From positions 2,771-66,770 of the IMG/VR virus record IMGVR_UViG_3300014656_000002: a DNA stretch of 64,000 nucleotides. One strand, 5' to 3'. Source of the stretch: a virus. Shown in pieces: positions 1 to 8,390 of this stretch. How positions within the stretch are numbered: the first letter of the stretch is position 1; each line of letters begins with the position of its first letter. A program made the translations under genes and the position numbers. The notes under the pieces were generated by a model. The model saw nothing but the letters and a program-made list of their open reading frames with translations, had not been told where the DNA came from and did not search any database.

Positions 1-9
1 TGTGGCCTC

Positions 10-252
10 CTAGTAGGGGATGTCGTCAATATCACGCATCACGTAGTCGTCATACTCATAATCGACCGCCGTGGTGCCCGGTGCGGGCCAGTAGGTGGCT
101 TCGCGATAGGGAGGACGGGTTAACGCCAGCCGTTCGGCTAGCGGGACTGCCTCAAATTCACCGGCATGGCGTGAATTCTCATAGGCCGCCCAGTACGACT
201 CTTCATCGTAATCTTCCCAGTAGGTGGCTTCGTTGTAGGTGTGTTCGTTCAT
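10..252 (-). CDS. small acidic/aromatic protein ending in SSB-tail-like DIDDIPY
   Basis: ATG at 252 after a purine-rich RBS; 80 aa, very D/E/Y-rich; internal repeat Y(N/R)EATYW. Confidence 0.6.
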   Translation of the reverse strand: MNEHTYNEATYWEDYDEESYWAAYENSRHAGEFEAVPLAERLALTRPPYREATYWPAPGTTAVDYEYDDYVMRDIDDIPY

Positions 253-263
253 ATTCCCACCCC

Positions 264-701
264 TTACAGTGCACCGCGCGCCAGGACCGTGCCTTGCGTC
301 GGCGTGCCCAGCGCGTAGCGGTTGACATGCCCGCTCTCCGTTGCGAAGTCGATATGCGGTGGCAACGCAAGCGCACCGCGATACACCAGCGGGTCCTTGC
401 TTGCCAGGAGCCATGCCAGCGCGCGCACGCAGTCGCGCCAGCCGTACCAGTGGCGATACCCGCCCCCGTAGCGCACGGAGAGCGTCACATCGTCGCCGCC
501 TGCCGTGACCAGGACTTGCAGGCCGTCGATATAGCCATAAGTCCACTTACCCAGCACCGGAACGCGGCGCGCCTTGCGCCAGAACTTCCACAGTTCACGG
601 TAGGCCCGGCGCGTGCGCTCTTCCAGGGGCGGCGGAGCCTTGATAACCAGCGTGCCAGAACTGAGGTGATACGCGATTGAGTGTTGTGCCTTGATAGCCA
701 T
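264..701 (-). CDS. hypothetical protein
   Basis: 145-aa ORF, AGAAAGGA RBS, packs with neighbours. Confidence 0.6.
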   Translation of the reverse strand: MAIKAQHSIAYHLSSGTLVIKAPPPLEERTRRAYRELWKFWRKARRVPVLGKWTYGYIDGLQVLVTAGGDDVTLSVRYGGGYRHWYGWRDCVRALAWLLASKDPLVYRGALALPPHIDFATESGHVNRYALGTPTQGTVLARGAL

Positions 702-788
702 GTGTGATATCCTTTCTATGGTGATGGTTAACCCCTGTCGCCAAGACGCCCCCGGATGCGAAATGCTCCGGGGGCGTCCGTGTGCCCG

Positions 789-1232
789 CTAGCTGTCCGC
801 GAGCATGGTTTCCCATGCGGCATCAATAGCCTTGCTATCGATGAACTTCTGGCGGTCACGCACAACCGCTTCAGGCAACGGATCGCCGTCAACGCTGGTC
901 AGGGCGTACACCGGGCCAAAGACGCCCATTGTGCTAATGGTTTCCGGCGTGTGTTCGACCGCCCCAAGGCGTTCAAGCATCCGGTCGTATTCCCCGCCGT
1001 AACCACTTCCGCTTCCCCAGCAGTTCCACGAACCCCACGGGGTCCACAGCTTGCCAGGAATGCCGTAGTACATTTCGAGGAAGACGCCCGACTCGGTCTG
1101 GTTGTAGTAGGGATTAACCCGCTCCCCACGCCGATCTTCCAGCCAGGGTTCTCCGCCAACGTCGGCGGACGCGTACTCATACGCCATATCCGCAATCTTG
1201 CGAATGGCCGCGAACAGTTCCTTATCGGTCAT
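789..1232 (-). CDS. hypothetical protein
   Basis: 147-aa ORF with GGGAGAG RBS. Confidence 0.7.
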   Translation of the reverse strand: MTDKELFAAIRKIADMAYEYASADVGGEPWLEDRRGERVNPYYNQTESGVFLEMYYGIPGKLWTPWGSWNCWGSGSGYGGEYDRMLERLGAVEHTPETISTMGVFGPVYALTSVDGDPLPEAVVRDRQKFIDSKAIDAAWETMLADS

Positions 1233-1260
1233 TGCTATCTCTCCCTGCTAGTCCTCGAAT

Positions 1261-1284
1261 GAAAAACCCCCGTTGCCGGGGGCT
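1261..1284 (-). terminator. intrinsic terminator
   Basis: minus strand GCCCCCG-GCAA-CGGGGGT followed by a T-run. Confidence 0.6.
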
Positions 1285-1430
1285 ACTGCGTGCCCGTCTC
1301 ACTCGCGGGGCTTGCGGGTGGCGTCCCGCTTACACGCCCATCCCTGGACGTGCGGCCATGTCGCCATTGCCACGCGCCGCCGTGCTTTGGGCCGTGCGGC
1401 GTGTTTGTACCCGCGTGTGGGGTGGGGCGG

Positions 1431-1643
1431 TCAGACCCGCGCCTGCAACTTCTCGACGCGGAACGCCCGCGACTCGTCCTCCGTGAGTTCCACGATGGGC
1501 GGGTACGGGCGGGCGTAACTCTTCTCCATCAGCCAGTCGGCACATGCGCCCGTAAAGCGCCGCCAACCGGCGACCGGGTACATGCTGCGCCCCGTGACGA
1601 TGTGCAGCGCCATGCTGCGGGTGTTGATCGCATATCTCTGCAT
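1431..1643 (-). CDS. hypothetical protein
   Basis: AGGAGG RBS before ATG at 1643; 70 aa. Confidence 0.6.
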   Translation of the reverse strand: MQRYAINTRSMALHIVTGRSMYPVAGWRRFTGACADWLMEKSYARPYPPIVELTEDESRAFRVEKLQARV

Positions 1644-1661
1644 GATGCCTCCTGTTGAACG

Positions 1662-1694
1662 CAAAAAGGGCCACTGCTGAAGCACAGTGGCCCT
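1662..1694 (-). terminator. intrinsic terminator
   Basis: AGGGCCACTG...CAGTGGCCCT stem followed by a T-run on the minus strand. Confidence 0.7.
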
Positions 1695-1699
1695 AACCC

Positions 1700-2430
1700 T
1701 GAAACACTAGCGGTGTCTTCCGTCCCACCGCCACGAACAGCCAGCAAGCGCAACAAGGACGCCGTTGGGCACAGCGTAATTAAACGGTTGCTGGCTGTTC
1801 GTGAGGGGGGAGGGTGGGGCGACGCCCTGCTCTTTATGGGGCAGGCCCTCGGCGCTAGTGGCGCGTCGCCCATGTTGGATAAGTCCGGCCCTGTCGCCCG
1901 GAGCACACCGGGCCGTGCAGCCGCAATCAGGGCGTCCTACATATGTTATTGGGCTTGCGGAAACCCTCACTCACAACATTCACACACAATTTTGCCGGGC
2001 CGGATTGCCCGTACCGCACGAGGCGGTTAGTTATCCCGCCAGCGCTGCCTCCAATCGCACCCATCTAGGCCGTCAGGCGAGCGCTCGCGGGGTGTTGCAA
2101 ATGGACGCGCTGGGAACCGCCCCCAGGTCTCCCGCCGCGCTTGCGCGTCTTACGCGAGATCGAATTCTGTTCGCGCCCAGGTACTACAGTTGGCGCGGAC
2201 GGTGCTGCCCCGCCCCCGCTGGCCTGTCCGGCCAGTGCCCCGCTGGGGGCCGCGCGCCATGGGTTAGTCGATGTGCTGCATTTAGCAACGCTTCAGCGCT
2301 GCTCGGAGCCAGCCAGCACGTCTCAGCGGTTCGCTGGCCTTCACTAGCTAACGCGGCCTGCCGTCACAGGTGGCTCCGAGCAATGCTGAAACTAGAGGCC
2401 AGCGCCCCGCTGGGGGACGCGCGCCATGGG
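1700..2430. ncRNA. candidate large structured non-coding RNA region
   Basis: no credible ORF; perfect 16-bp stem 1732-1747/1788-1803, multibranch near 1817-1871, stem 2035-2046/2080-2091, 20-bp stem 2292-2311/2371-2390. Confidence 0.4.
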
Positions 2431-2444
2431 TTAGTCGATGTGCT
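2230..2444. repeat. 48-bp direct repeat (2230-2277 and 2397-2444, 2 mismatches)
   Basis: GGCCAGyGCCCCGCTGGGGGmCGCGCGCCATGGGTTAGTCGATGTGCT occurs twice; second copy includes the end of the HNH gene. Confidence 0.9.
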
Positions 2445-2940
2445 TATACGTCTGTCTTTTGATACACGCCTCGGCTGTGCTATAAGACACCCCATAGCGG
2501 GCCGCCATTTCGGTATATGAATATCGACCAGTGGCCCATTCCGCCCGCAGAGCGCGCACTTGCTGCTCAGTCAAACGGGCGCGCACTCCATTGGTTAATC
2601 CAAGAAAGTCGGTTGCCCTGTTTACGTTCTCGAACTGCGTGATAAACTGGAGGTTTTCTAAGCGGTTATCGTGCTTCTTATGGTTGATATGATCGACGAT
2701 CATGTCTTCAGGACAGGGGCCTACAAAGACCTCCATGATCAAAACATGCAATGATACATGCCGTTGTTTGCCGCAATTTGATAATGCTATATCTTGATAC
2801 TGGTCGGGAATTGGCCCAGACAGAATACGTGTCTGCGGTACATAGGGCCGCTTCAGGCTTTTGACCCGTCCCTGATCGCTTACCTCATACAGCCCCTCAT
2901 AACCAGGGACAGCGCGCCATTCTTCTGTGCTATAATCCAT
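2431..2940 (-). CDS. NUMOD4-HNH homing endonuclease with C-terminal HTH
   Basis: EEWRAVPGYEGLYEVSDQGRVKS (NUMOD4); VDHINHKKHDNRLENL (HNH); LTEQQVRALR...MAARYGVS. Confidence 0.9.
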   Translation of the reverse strand: MDYSTEEWRAVPGYEGLYEVSDQGRVKSLKRPYVPQTRILSGPIPDQYQDIALSNCGKQRHVSLHVLIMEVFVGPCPEDMIVDHINHKKHDNRLENLQFITQFENVNRATDFLGLTNGVRARLTEQQVRALRAEWATGRYSYTEMAARYGVSYSTAEACIKRQTYKHID

Positions 2941-3003
2941 TTTGTCAGTCCTCCATCGACTGGCCGCGCCCCGGACGTTACAGCGTCGCGGGGCTGCCTC
3001 TTG

Positions 3004-3264
3004 TCAAAGCCCCACACCCCATTGGTGAACCATCCACCGTGCGAGTGGGGTGGGGCGGAACAGGGGCGGCACGAAAACCAGGCGACCGTTAAAACTCATG
3101 CGCCGCACGCGCCCCTGTTCCTCTAAGATTTTGACATCGCCATATACAGTTCCGATCCCCGCGCCAACGGCGGCGGCGATCTCTTTGTACGTAGGCGAGA
3201 TGTAAACATAAGTATGTCGATTTATGAAACTTGCGACCGCCTCATGGCGTTCTGTTTTAGTCAT
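3004..3264 (-). CDS. LexA-DNA-binding-like winged-helix protein
   Basis: SPTYKEIAAAVG...TVYGDVKILEEQGRVRR resembles the LexA N-terminal domain; no peptidase domain. Confidence 0.65.
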   Translation of the reverse strand: MTKTERHEAVASFINRHTYVYISPTYKEIAAAVGAGIGTVYGDVKILEEQGRVRRMSFNGRLVFVPPLFRPTPLARWMVHQWGVGL

Positions 3265-3724
3265 TGGTTCCCCCAACAAAGGAAGTCTAACAGGACACAC
3301 GGCGATCTTATGGTGGTCAGCCACGTACTCGCCTCCGATCCTGCCCGCCCGTCCTGCCTGCCTTGCGGCGTGTTGCGCAGTTCTCCGGGACTTCCAGCTT
3401 GCGCTGGCAATAGTAGGGGGGTCACGATCACGCCTCTGCTCAATCGCTATGATTGAACCCCGGCAAGTTTTCAGCTTACCAGCGCCTTCCGTTTAGGGGT
3501 ACTCATGCCATGTGTGGGCATTCATGGCTTGTGGGCTTAGGCTGTCTCGCGACAGTCTTGACCATTCCTGGTGCGCCCCTCCGCGCTAGACCAAAGCGGT
3601 TCGGTTAAGGCGCTCGCCCTCGTTCCCCCGTCCGGCTCCCGGCCCGTGCTATTCGCTTCCACTGTGCGAACCGCTCCCGGAGGCGTTCGGATTCCCTTTT
3701 GACGATACCGATCTACCTGCATAC

Positions 3725-3752
3725 TTGACACCACTCATGCGCGTGGTAAACT
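3725..3752 (+). promoter_or_regulatory. sigma70-type promoter facing into non-coding DNA
   Basis: TTGACA-16-TAAACT with TG extension. Confidence 0.55.
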
Positions 3753-3955
3753 GTATTCGGGGAGAGTTGAACGTCTTTTCACACTCGTGAACTTAAAAGC
3801 GCGCGCTCTTTCCCCTGTCTCACACCTGTGCATGGAAGCTGGCAAGCAAAACCTTGCATTGGTGGTCGGTCTGCAAGGCGGCTGGGTCGTCTGGGGAGAT
3901 GAGCAGCCGCCTTGGCTCGTCTATTCACTTTTTAAGGTGTTGTCCATCTAAGAAC

Positions 3956-3984
3956 ATTGTAGCACGGTTGTTGTTCAAGCGCAA
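3956..3984 (-). promoter_or_regulatory. sigma70-type promoter, convergent with the one at 3725
   Basis: TTGCGC-17-TACAAT with TG extension. Confidence 0.5.
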
Positions 3985-4005
3985 CAATTTGCTACGTTAC
4001 AGTCT

Positions 4006-4218
4006 TCAAACTTTTGAGGGTCCGCCGGGGTCAGGTTCCCAGCTTTTGAGCGAGTCGCGGTAGATCAGCCATTCGCGGCCCACTTTTTCAGCCCTAAGTC
4101 TATTCTTATATATGTGGCGTTTGATTGTCTCGACATGCACGCCCTTGATTTCAGCAGCAAACGAGGCGCGCACAAACACGCCCCGCATCTCTTCTGGCAG
4201 CTCCATATCAACTGGCAT
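4006..4218 (-). CDS. excisionase-like HTH_17 DNA-binding protein
   Basis: AAEIKGVHVETIKRHIYKNRLRAEKVGREWLI. Confidence 0.75.
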   Translation of the reverse strand: MPVDMELPEEMRGVFVRASFAAEIKGVHVETIKRHIYKNRLRAEKVGREWLIYRDSLKSWEPDPGGPSKV

Positions 4219-4519
4219 CCCCTGTCCCCCCATCCCGCCGCTCCCCCCTACGCGCCGCGCGCCCGCCTGGACGCCCGCCCCGATCACCGCACGCCCCCAA
4301 CGGAGCGCACGCCACCGCCCGCAGGCGGCGTTGTCGTATTGTACCATGAGGTTGTGGGGAAGTGGGCTACAGATTTCGCCGTGTTGGCGAGCATGGGGAT
4401 CGCTAGGTCCCGCGCGTCGGCGGGATAGGGGGCTGCGGTGAAGGGTGCGATGGTGCTTGAGTTGGCCGTGCTTTTACCGATCATACCACGATTCCAATTA
4501 CTAGCGCAATACGCTGTGC

Positions 4520-5002
4520 TTATTTTTGTAATGAGTTTGTATGCAACCATCCGAATGATGGCATTACAAATCCGTTTGGAATATCATGCAACCGCTTAGC
4601 TCTGATTTCGTGGCCCGTGACGGTCGCTGGCTTTTTGTAATCCTGCCCTAAAAAGAACCGCCTATCTGATCCGTGCTTTACATTCTCCGTATGTGTCGTA
4701 TATTCAAGATTGGAGAAGTGGTTATTTAGCGTGTCACCGTCCAAGTGATTGACAACCATACCTGGAGGGCAGGGGCCTATAAATGCAAAAGCAACAAGGC
4801 GGTGGGCACCATAAGTCTTGGTGACCCCACTTTTGCTCAGCCCATACAATATGTATCCATTTGTGGATTGTTTGCTGCGCAACATCCTAGTGGTTTTGAA
4901 GCGCCCCTTAGGGTAACTTAGGACTTCGCCGAATTCACTAACGCTATAAAGCCCTTCATAGCCAGGGATTGCGCGCCACTCTGCATTTATGTTATGCTTC
5001 AT
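4520..5002 (-). CDS. NUMOD4-HNH homing endonuclease
   Basis: EWRAIPGYEGLYSVSEFGEV; AHRLVAFAFIGPCP..VVNHLDGDTLNNHFSNLEY. Confidence 0.9.
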   Translation of the reverse strand: MKHNINAEWRAIPGYEGLYSVSEFGEVLSYPKGRFKTTRMLRSKQSTNGYILYGLSKSGVTKTYGAHRLVAFAFIGPCPPGMVVNHLDGDTLNNHFSNLEYTTHTENVKHGSDRRFFLGQDYKKPATVTGHEIRAKRLHDIPNGFVMPSFGWLHTNSLQK

Positions 5003-5084
5003 TTGTCAGCTACCTCCGATAGCTGGCCGCGCCTCCCGGTGTTCATAGCGCTGGGGGGCGCTTCCTATAATAGGCCCTCGCACG

Positions 5085-5315
5085 TCACTCGCTGGCCGCG
5101 TCCGGGCGGCGGTCGCCGTTGCGGGCGGGCAGCAGGTCCGGGTTGCCCACGCGGATCGTCATGTCGATATGATAGCCGTGCTGGGCCAGAAACGCGCCCA
5201 GCGCCTCCCTATATATCTGGCTGTCATTCATGCCGCGTTGCTTGGCTAGGGCGGTGAATGCTTTGGTGGCCTCGCATGGCAATACCAGTTGCTTTCTAGT
5301 TGTCTCGGGTTTCAT
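5085..5315 (-). CDS. ribbon-helix-helix (CopG-like) regulator
   Basis: RKQLVLP...LAKQRGMNDSQIYREAL; GGAGG RBS. Confidence 0.65.
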   Translation of the reverse strand: MKPETTRKQLVLPCEATKAFTALAKQRGMNDSQIYREALGAFLAQHGYHIDMTIRVGNPDLLPARNGDRRPDAASE

Positions 5316-5332
5316 AGGTCCTCCATGCCCTC

Positions 5333-5411
5333 ATTATAAGCGATCTTTTTCCCATTTGCAATTATCAATTTTCAAGTTGCCTATTGACACGCGGCTCAAT
5401 CGTAGTATAAT
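5333..5411. promoter_or_regulatory. divergent promoter pair
   Basis: plus: TTGACA(5384)-16-TATAAT(5406); minus: TTGCAA(5361-5356)-17-TATAAT(5338-5333); lies at the strand switch. Confidence 0.75.
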
Positions 5412-5450
5412 TAGAGCATAGAACGAGAGCAGCCAATCGGGAGCCACCAA

Positions 5451-5654
5451 ATGACCTACACCAAGAACGGCCACACCTACACCAGCGAAGATGGCAAGTA
5501 CCAGATTATCGGTGAGAGCGGCTCCTGGGACGTTCAGGAAGTCGGCGGGCGGTTCATCGGTGTAGCGCATACCCTCAAGTATGCCAAGCAGATGGTCGAA
5601 GAGAGCAAGACGCACGCAGCCAATGACCATGTATATTGGGGTTCATACAGCTAG
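5451..5654 (+). CDS. hypothetical early protein
   Basis: first ORF after the promoter; GGGAG RBS. Confidence 0.7.
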   Translation: MTYTKNGHTYTSEDGKYQIIGESGSWDVQEVGGRFIGVAHTLKYAKQMVEESKTHAANDHVYWGSYS

Positions 5655-5749
5655 GCACGGCCCGCCCTGCCTTCCGGCCACTGGCAACAGCGACCGGAGG
5701 GCAGCGCAGGACAGACAGCGCGGGAGACCGCTAGACAGGGGAGCAAATC

Positions 5750-5947
5750 ATGGAGCGCGAATGGTGGGTTTTGGTTCGGTACGATAAGGAAGACAAGCCA
5801 ATTGAATACTGGACCCGCAATTCACAGTACATGCCGGAACCCGATCCAGTCAGCCGGGTTGAGGTCTTCGATGGCCCGTATGCCTCAGGCAAGACGGCCG
5901 CGCAGGTTGCATTCGGAAAGAATGACGAGATCGTGGCGTCCCGCTAG
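5750..5947 (+). CDS. hypothetical protein, paralog of 6093-6287
   Basis: WWVLVRYDKEDKPIEY...SQYMPE...EVFDGPY. Confidence 0.7.
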   Translation: MEREWWVLVRYDKEDKPIEYWTRNSQYMPEPDPVSRVEVFDGPYASGKTAAQVAFGKNDEIVASR

Positions 5948-6092
5948 CCCGCTCCGCCTTATGCCCCCGGTGTTCGCACCAGGGGCACAGGGCAGCGCAG
6001 GACGCGCCGCCCACACGCCACTGGCCGCAACGCCAGGGTCGGGGGGCAAGGGACGCAGGGATCGCGGGGCGACCCGCAGAGGGAGCAAGGTC

Positions 6093-6287
6093 ATGTGGTG
6101 GGTAACGGTTCAGTACAACAGCGAAGACGAGCCAACGGGATACAGCGTGGTCAAGAGTGCGTACATGCCTGAGTATCCCTACGAGAACCGCGAGGTTTAC
6201 GCCGGGCCATTCGACACCTACGGCGACGCGATTGACGAGCGCGACAGCGCCAACTTCTTTATCAGCGTGCGAGTGCGCGCCAGCTAG
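6093..6287 (+). CDS. hypothetical protein, paralog of 5750-5947
   Basis: WWVTVQYNSEDEPTGY...SAYMPE...EVYAGPF; GGGAG RBS. Confidence 0.7.
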   Translation: MWWVTVQYNSEDEPTGYSVVKSAYMPEYPYENREVYAGPFDTYGDAIDERDSANFFISVRVRAS

Positions 6288-6327
6288 CCCCCAGGGGCGT
6301 GCGGCGATGCCGCAGGAGGTAGGGCGC

Positions 6328-6567
6328 ATGGACAAAGACGAACGCGTATCATTCAGTCCAACCGCCGATGTGGCGGCCAGCGTCGCAGCGATTGAGATGG
6401 CGATGCTACGCAAAGAGTGCGTGGCGCTCAGGGATAGCAACCGGAAACTCGCGGGCAGCCTGCAATTCCTGATCGACATCGAGCCGCGTGAAATCAAGAC
6501 AGTCGAGAACGCAATCAAGTTGTATCGTGAATGGGCCGCAATTCTCATGGAGGGTTGCAGCCAGTAG
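6328..6567 (+). CDS. hypothetical coiled-coil protein
   Basis: AGGAGG RBS. Confidence 0.6.
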   Translation: MDKDERVSFSPTADVAASVAAIEMAMLRKECVALRDSNRKLAGSLQFLIDIEPREIKTVENAIKLYREWAAILMEGCSQ

Positions 6568-6620
6568 CACACCCGAAACCAGCGGCACGCCAGCGCCGCC
6601 CAGACCGACGAGAGGCCAAC

Positions 6621-6815
6621 ATGACCACACCCACACGCACGACCGTTCCCGCCCCCACCGCCACCTACGAGAGCACGGCTGCGCGCCAGCGTCGGCAGGA
6701 CGCCGAGGCCATCCAGCGCGCCAAGATCGCGGCGTTGTTGCGGGCGGGCAAGCTGCCGTATGAGATCAGCGCCATCATGGGCTGGGATAACGAGGAGGAG
6801 ACGCAGGATGGCTAA
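6621..6815 (+). CDS. hypothetical protein, possible short HTH
   Basis: GAGAGG RBS; IAALLRAGKLPYEISAIMG. Confidence 0.55.
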   Translation: MTTPTRTTVPAPTATYESTAARQRRQDAEAIQRAKIAALLRAGKLPYEISAIMGWDNEEETQDG

Positions 6816-7038
6816 GCTGAACGATGCCATGTACGAGGCGTTGTGCCGCATCTATTCCGAGACGGTGACGCATGGGCAGAAGTGGGCCTACAGTGTCCAC
6901 AACGGGAGCGCCAACGCGCTTGTGCGGCGCGGGCTAGCCGAGGTCGAGTATTGGGGCTTCGGCATCGAGAAGCGTGGGGCCTACCGCCTGACAGACGCCG
7001 GGCGCGCGGCGCTGGCCGAGGCAGGGGAGGGGGAGTGA
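6808..7038 (+). CDS. small winged-helix-like protein
   Basis: ALVRRGLAE...YRLTDAGRAAL. Confidence 0.65.
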   Translation: MAKLNDAMYEALCRIYSETVTHGQKWAYSVHNGSANALVRRGLAEVEYWGFGIEKRGAYRLTDAGRAALAEAGEGE

Positions 7039-7424
7039 TGGACCGCTCAATCTATGAGGCGCTGAATGAGCTTGTATTGGCGGGGAAATTGGGGCTGACA
7101 CCGGCACCCGACATGCCAATGGCTGCGGCGATGGCGCGGTGCGCCGAACTTGGCTTAGCGCGCGGGTTCAACTCCTCATCTAATTGGACCACCTACGTAA
7201 TCACCGGCGCGGGCCGCGCCGCCCTGGCCGCAGAGGACGCGCGGCTGCGCAAGGTGACGGAAAGCGCCCAGGAGCTTGCCGAGATCGCAATGGGCATGGC
7301 CGACGACTACGATCCCGAACTGGTAGAGGACTTGTGTGGTGCGGCGATTGATGTACTAGCCGACATCATTGCTGCCGAGGACGCCGCCCCCGGCGAGGGG
7401 CAGGGGGTGGACGATGGCGAGTGA
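7038..7424 (+). CDS. winged-helix-like protein, paralog of 6808-7038
   Basis: IYEAL...ELGLAR...YVITGAGRAAL; TGATG coupling. Confidence 0.65.
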   Translation: MDRSIYEALNELVLAGKLGLTPAPDMPMAAAMARCAELGLARGFNSSSNWTTYVITGAGRAALAAEDARLRKVTESAQELAEIAMGMADDYDPELVEDLCGAAIDVLADIIAAEDAAPGEGQGVDDGE

Positions 7425-7845
7425 AACGCGGCGGGAGATTGCGGAGATGCGGGGGTATCGCATGGTGCAGCAGGCGGGATTCTGGAACCTTGCCAAGCCC
7501 GGCGATCCTTATGGATATGTGTGGATCAGCCGCGATGAACTCTCAGACCTGGATGATGCGTGGCAAGACGCCTTCGAGGCGGGCGCGCTGCCCGACTGGC
7601 CGCATGACCCCGCTGCCGCGATTGGGCTGCTGGCGGACTTCGTGTACGCCGTGCATATCCAGATCGACCCTACTGGCGGGCGCGTTATGGTATGGCCGGA
7701 CGATCTCAGTGAATGGAAACCGCCGCGTGATGGTGGTTACGCCACCTTTGATAAGCCAGAGGACTTGCCCGCCGCGTTCGCCGCCGCCGCGTGCGGAGCC
7801 TGGATCGCGTGGCGCAAGGGGCAGGGCGCGGAAGGGGAAGGGTGA
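7414..7845 (+). CDS. phage ABA-sandwich-like hypothetical protein
   Basis: REIAEMRGY...PDWPHDPAAAIGLL...AAACGAW pattern. Confidence 0.5.
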   Translation: MASETRREIAEMRGYRMVQQAGFWNLAKPGDPYGYVWISRDELSDLDDAWQDAFEAGALPDWPHDPAAAIGLLADFVYAVHIQIDPTGGRVMVWPDDLSEWKPPRDGGYATFDKPEDLPAAFAAAACGAWIAWRKGQGAEGEG

Positions 7846-7850
7846 GGGCG

Positions 7851-8012
7851 ATGACTCGAAACGTGCTGTATGTCGCGCTCGTTGTCGCAATTGTAGGGTG
7901 GGCGCTGTCTATGTTTATCAGCGGTGATCTCACCGACATGGGGCAGGCCATACAGTGGCTTGTTATCGTGGCACTCGCTATCCGAATATCTGAGCTGGAG
8001 CGCCGTCTATAG
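7851..8012 (+). CDS. small two-TM membrane protein
   Basis: two hydrophobic segments. Confidence 0.6.
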   Translation: MTRNVLYVALVVAIVGWALSMFISGDLTDMGQAIQWLVIVALAIRISELERRL

Positions 8013-8072
8013 TCGGGGCACGGTACGTCAAAATGGCCTTAAATTACTCTCGCTTCTCGAAAGGGCGACAAA

Positions 8073-8354
8073 ATGAAGATCGACATTCACAACCGCAAAG
8101 ACGGTGGACACGAGATTTACTTCGAGCTATTCGTCAAGGACCCGGAAGTCGTCAAGGGGCCATGCTACACGCTGCGCGGAATCGACCATGACGCAAGCGT
8201 GGGCGTCAAGGAACACTCGACCCACATTCAGGGCGATCCGCTTTCATGGTTCGGCTTCATCCTGGGCATTGTGGATAACCCCGCCGTTGTCCAGGCCATT
8301 CGCAATCAGTATGAAGCGTACCTAGCAGAAGCCGCAATGGACAACGACGCCTAG
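8073..8354 (+). CDS. hypothetical protein
   Basis: 93-aa ORF in operon context. Confidence 0.65.
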   Translation: MKIDIHNRKDGGHEIYFELFVKDPEVVKGPCYTLRGIDHDASVGVKEHSTHIQGDPLSWFGFILGIVDNPAVVQAIRNQYEAYLAEAAMDNDA

Positions 8355-8390
8355 CCCCGCCCGACGCCCCCAGGGGCAGATTGGAGATGT

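Noticed and set aside
2230-2444. Possible CRISPR mini-array
   Set aside because: Only two 48-bp copies, a 119-nt spacer and no cas genes.
2431-2940. IscB/HEARO-type RNA-guided nuclease
   Set aside because: The protein is a 169-aa NUMOD4-HNH with no PLMP or RuvC motifs.
1700-4000. tRNA, tmRNA, RNase P or ribozyme in the structured regions
   Set aside because: No T-arm/CCA cloverleaf or catalytic core consensus recognised by eye; kept only as unclassified candidates.
5850-6851. 333-aa minus-strand ORF over the early genes
   Set aside because: Shadow frame of several RBS-led plus-strand genes; no motifs or expression signals.
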